From the NCBI GenBank assembly GCA_012862495.1, contig BLSG01000302.1:30572-74355 (forward strand): a stretch of 43,784 bases of DNA. The letters run 5' to 3'. The position numbers and the translations under genes are program-made. This DNA is from Thraustochytrium aureum. Taxonomy: Eukaryota. The notes beneath the pieces are model-generated. The model saw only the letters and a program-made list of their open reading frames with translations, did not search any database and was not told the DNA's origin. Shown piece after piece: positions 43,488 to 43,784 of this stretch (position 1 is its first letter; each line of letters begins with the position of its first letter).

Positions 43488-43784
43488 CTACGGCCGGCTC
43501 TTTGAGGCGGGCTTGCTCGCGATGGCGGCGATGGTTGGGGACTCGGCAGTCATGTTCGCGCTTGCGCCGCGCGGCTCGAGGCGCTCGACGCGCGGCTCGA
43601 GCGCGCCAAGGAGCTCAGGGACGTGCTCGTGAATCTGCGGCGCGGCATGCAGGACCCTGTGCTGGCGAGGCCGTACTGGAGGCGCGAGGAGACAGGGTTT
43701 GGGACTTTCGGCGTACCGTTTGCAACGCGGCCGTACCCGGAACAACCACCTCGCTGCCGCTGCTGCTGCCGCTGCTGCTGTGCG
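43488..43784 (-). CDS. Possible 3' end of a gene entering from beyond the window, with a putative 82-nt intron at 43635-43716
   Basis: SSSGSEVVVPGTAALQT, GTACGC donor and CAG acceptor, then IHEHVPELLGALEPRVERLE..stop. Intron size matches the others, but no family was recognised. Confidence 0.3.
   Translation of the reverse strand, partial: RTAAAAAAAAARWLFRVRPRCKRYAESPKPCLLAPPVRPRQHRVLHAAPQIHEHVPELLGALEPRVERLEPRGASANMTAESPTIAAIASKPASKSRP

Noticed and set aside
1..43784. Many long antisense or alternate-frame ORFs and ORFs spanning N-runs
   Set aside because: These are expected from high GC and codon bias, and Ns suppress stops. The translations are Arg/Ala/Pro-rich with no recognisable motifs.

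Overview
Gene-dense, GC-rich eukaryotic (protist-like) genomic DNA from a draft assembly with 11 N-gaps. Genes are mostly intron-poor. Three short GT-AG introns (75-89 nt, with CTGAC branch points) can be read directly and a fourth is tentative. A thraustochytrid/labyrinthulomycete-type stramenopile is my guess for the source, but this is unverified. About 18 protein-coding genes are visible: a GH5-like membrane protein, an IMPACT/YigZ-domain protein, a coiled-coil protein, a small Myb/SANT protein, a kinesin, an ARM-repeat protein, a TRIP4/RQT4-like protein, a divergent P450, a TM-anchored JmjC protein, a SCYL1-like pseudokinase, a small TM protein, a DAG/sphingosine-kinase-like protein, transportin-1, two tandem DD3-3-TM-SH3 paralogues, a C2/PGBD/M10 metallopeptidase, an ankyrin TRP-like channel and a VPS9 GEF. 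Many ORFs carry 1-2 nt frameshifts, mostly at homopolymers, which are best explained as sequencing errors. No prokaryote-style system, CRISPR array, rRNA/tRNA or intact mobile element was seen. The most interesting signals are unusual domain architectures: (1) a YigZ/IMPACT domain with a Wss1-like SHP+VIM+SIM tail; (2) a possibly myristoylated, signal-peptide-less C2-matrixin; (3) tandem DD3-3 receptor-like proteins with cytosolic SH3 domains; (4) an apparently catalytically dead, membrane-anchored GH5; (5) a P450 with non-canonical I-helix and heme motifs. All family assignments come from motif recognition by eye, with no database search.
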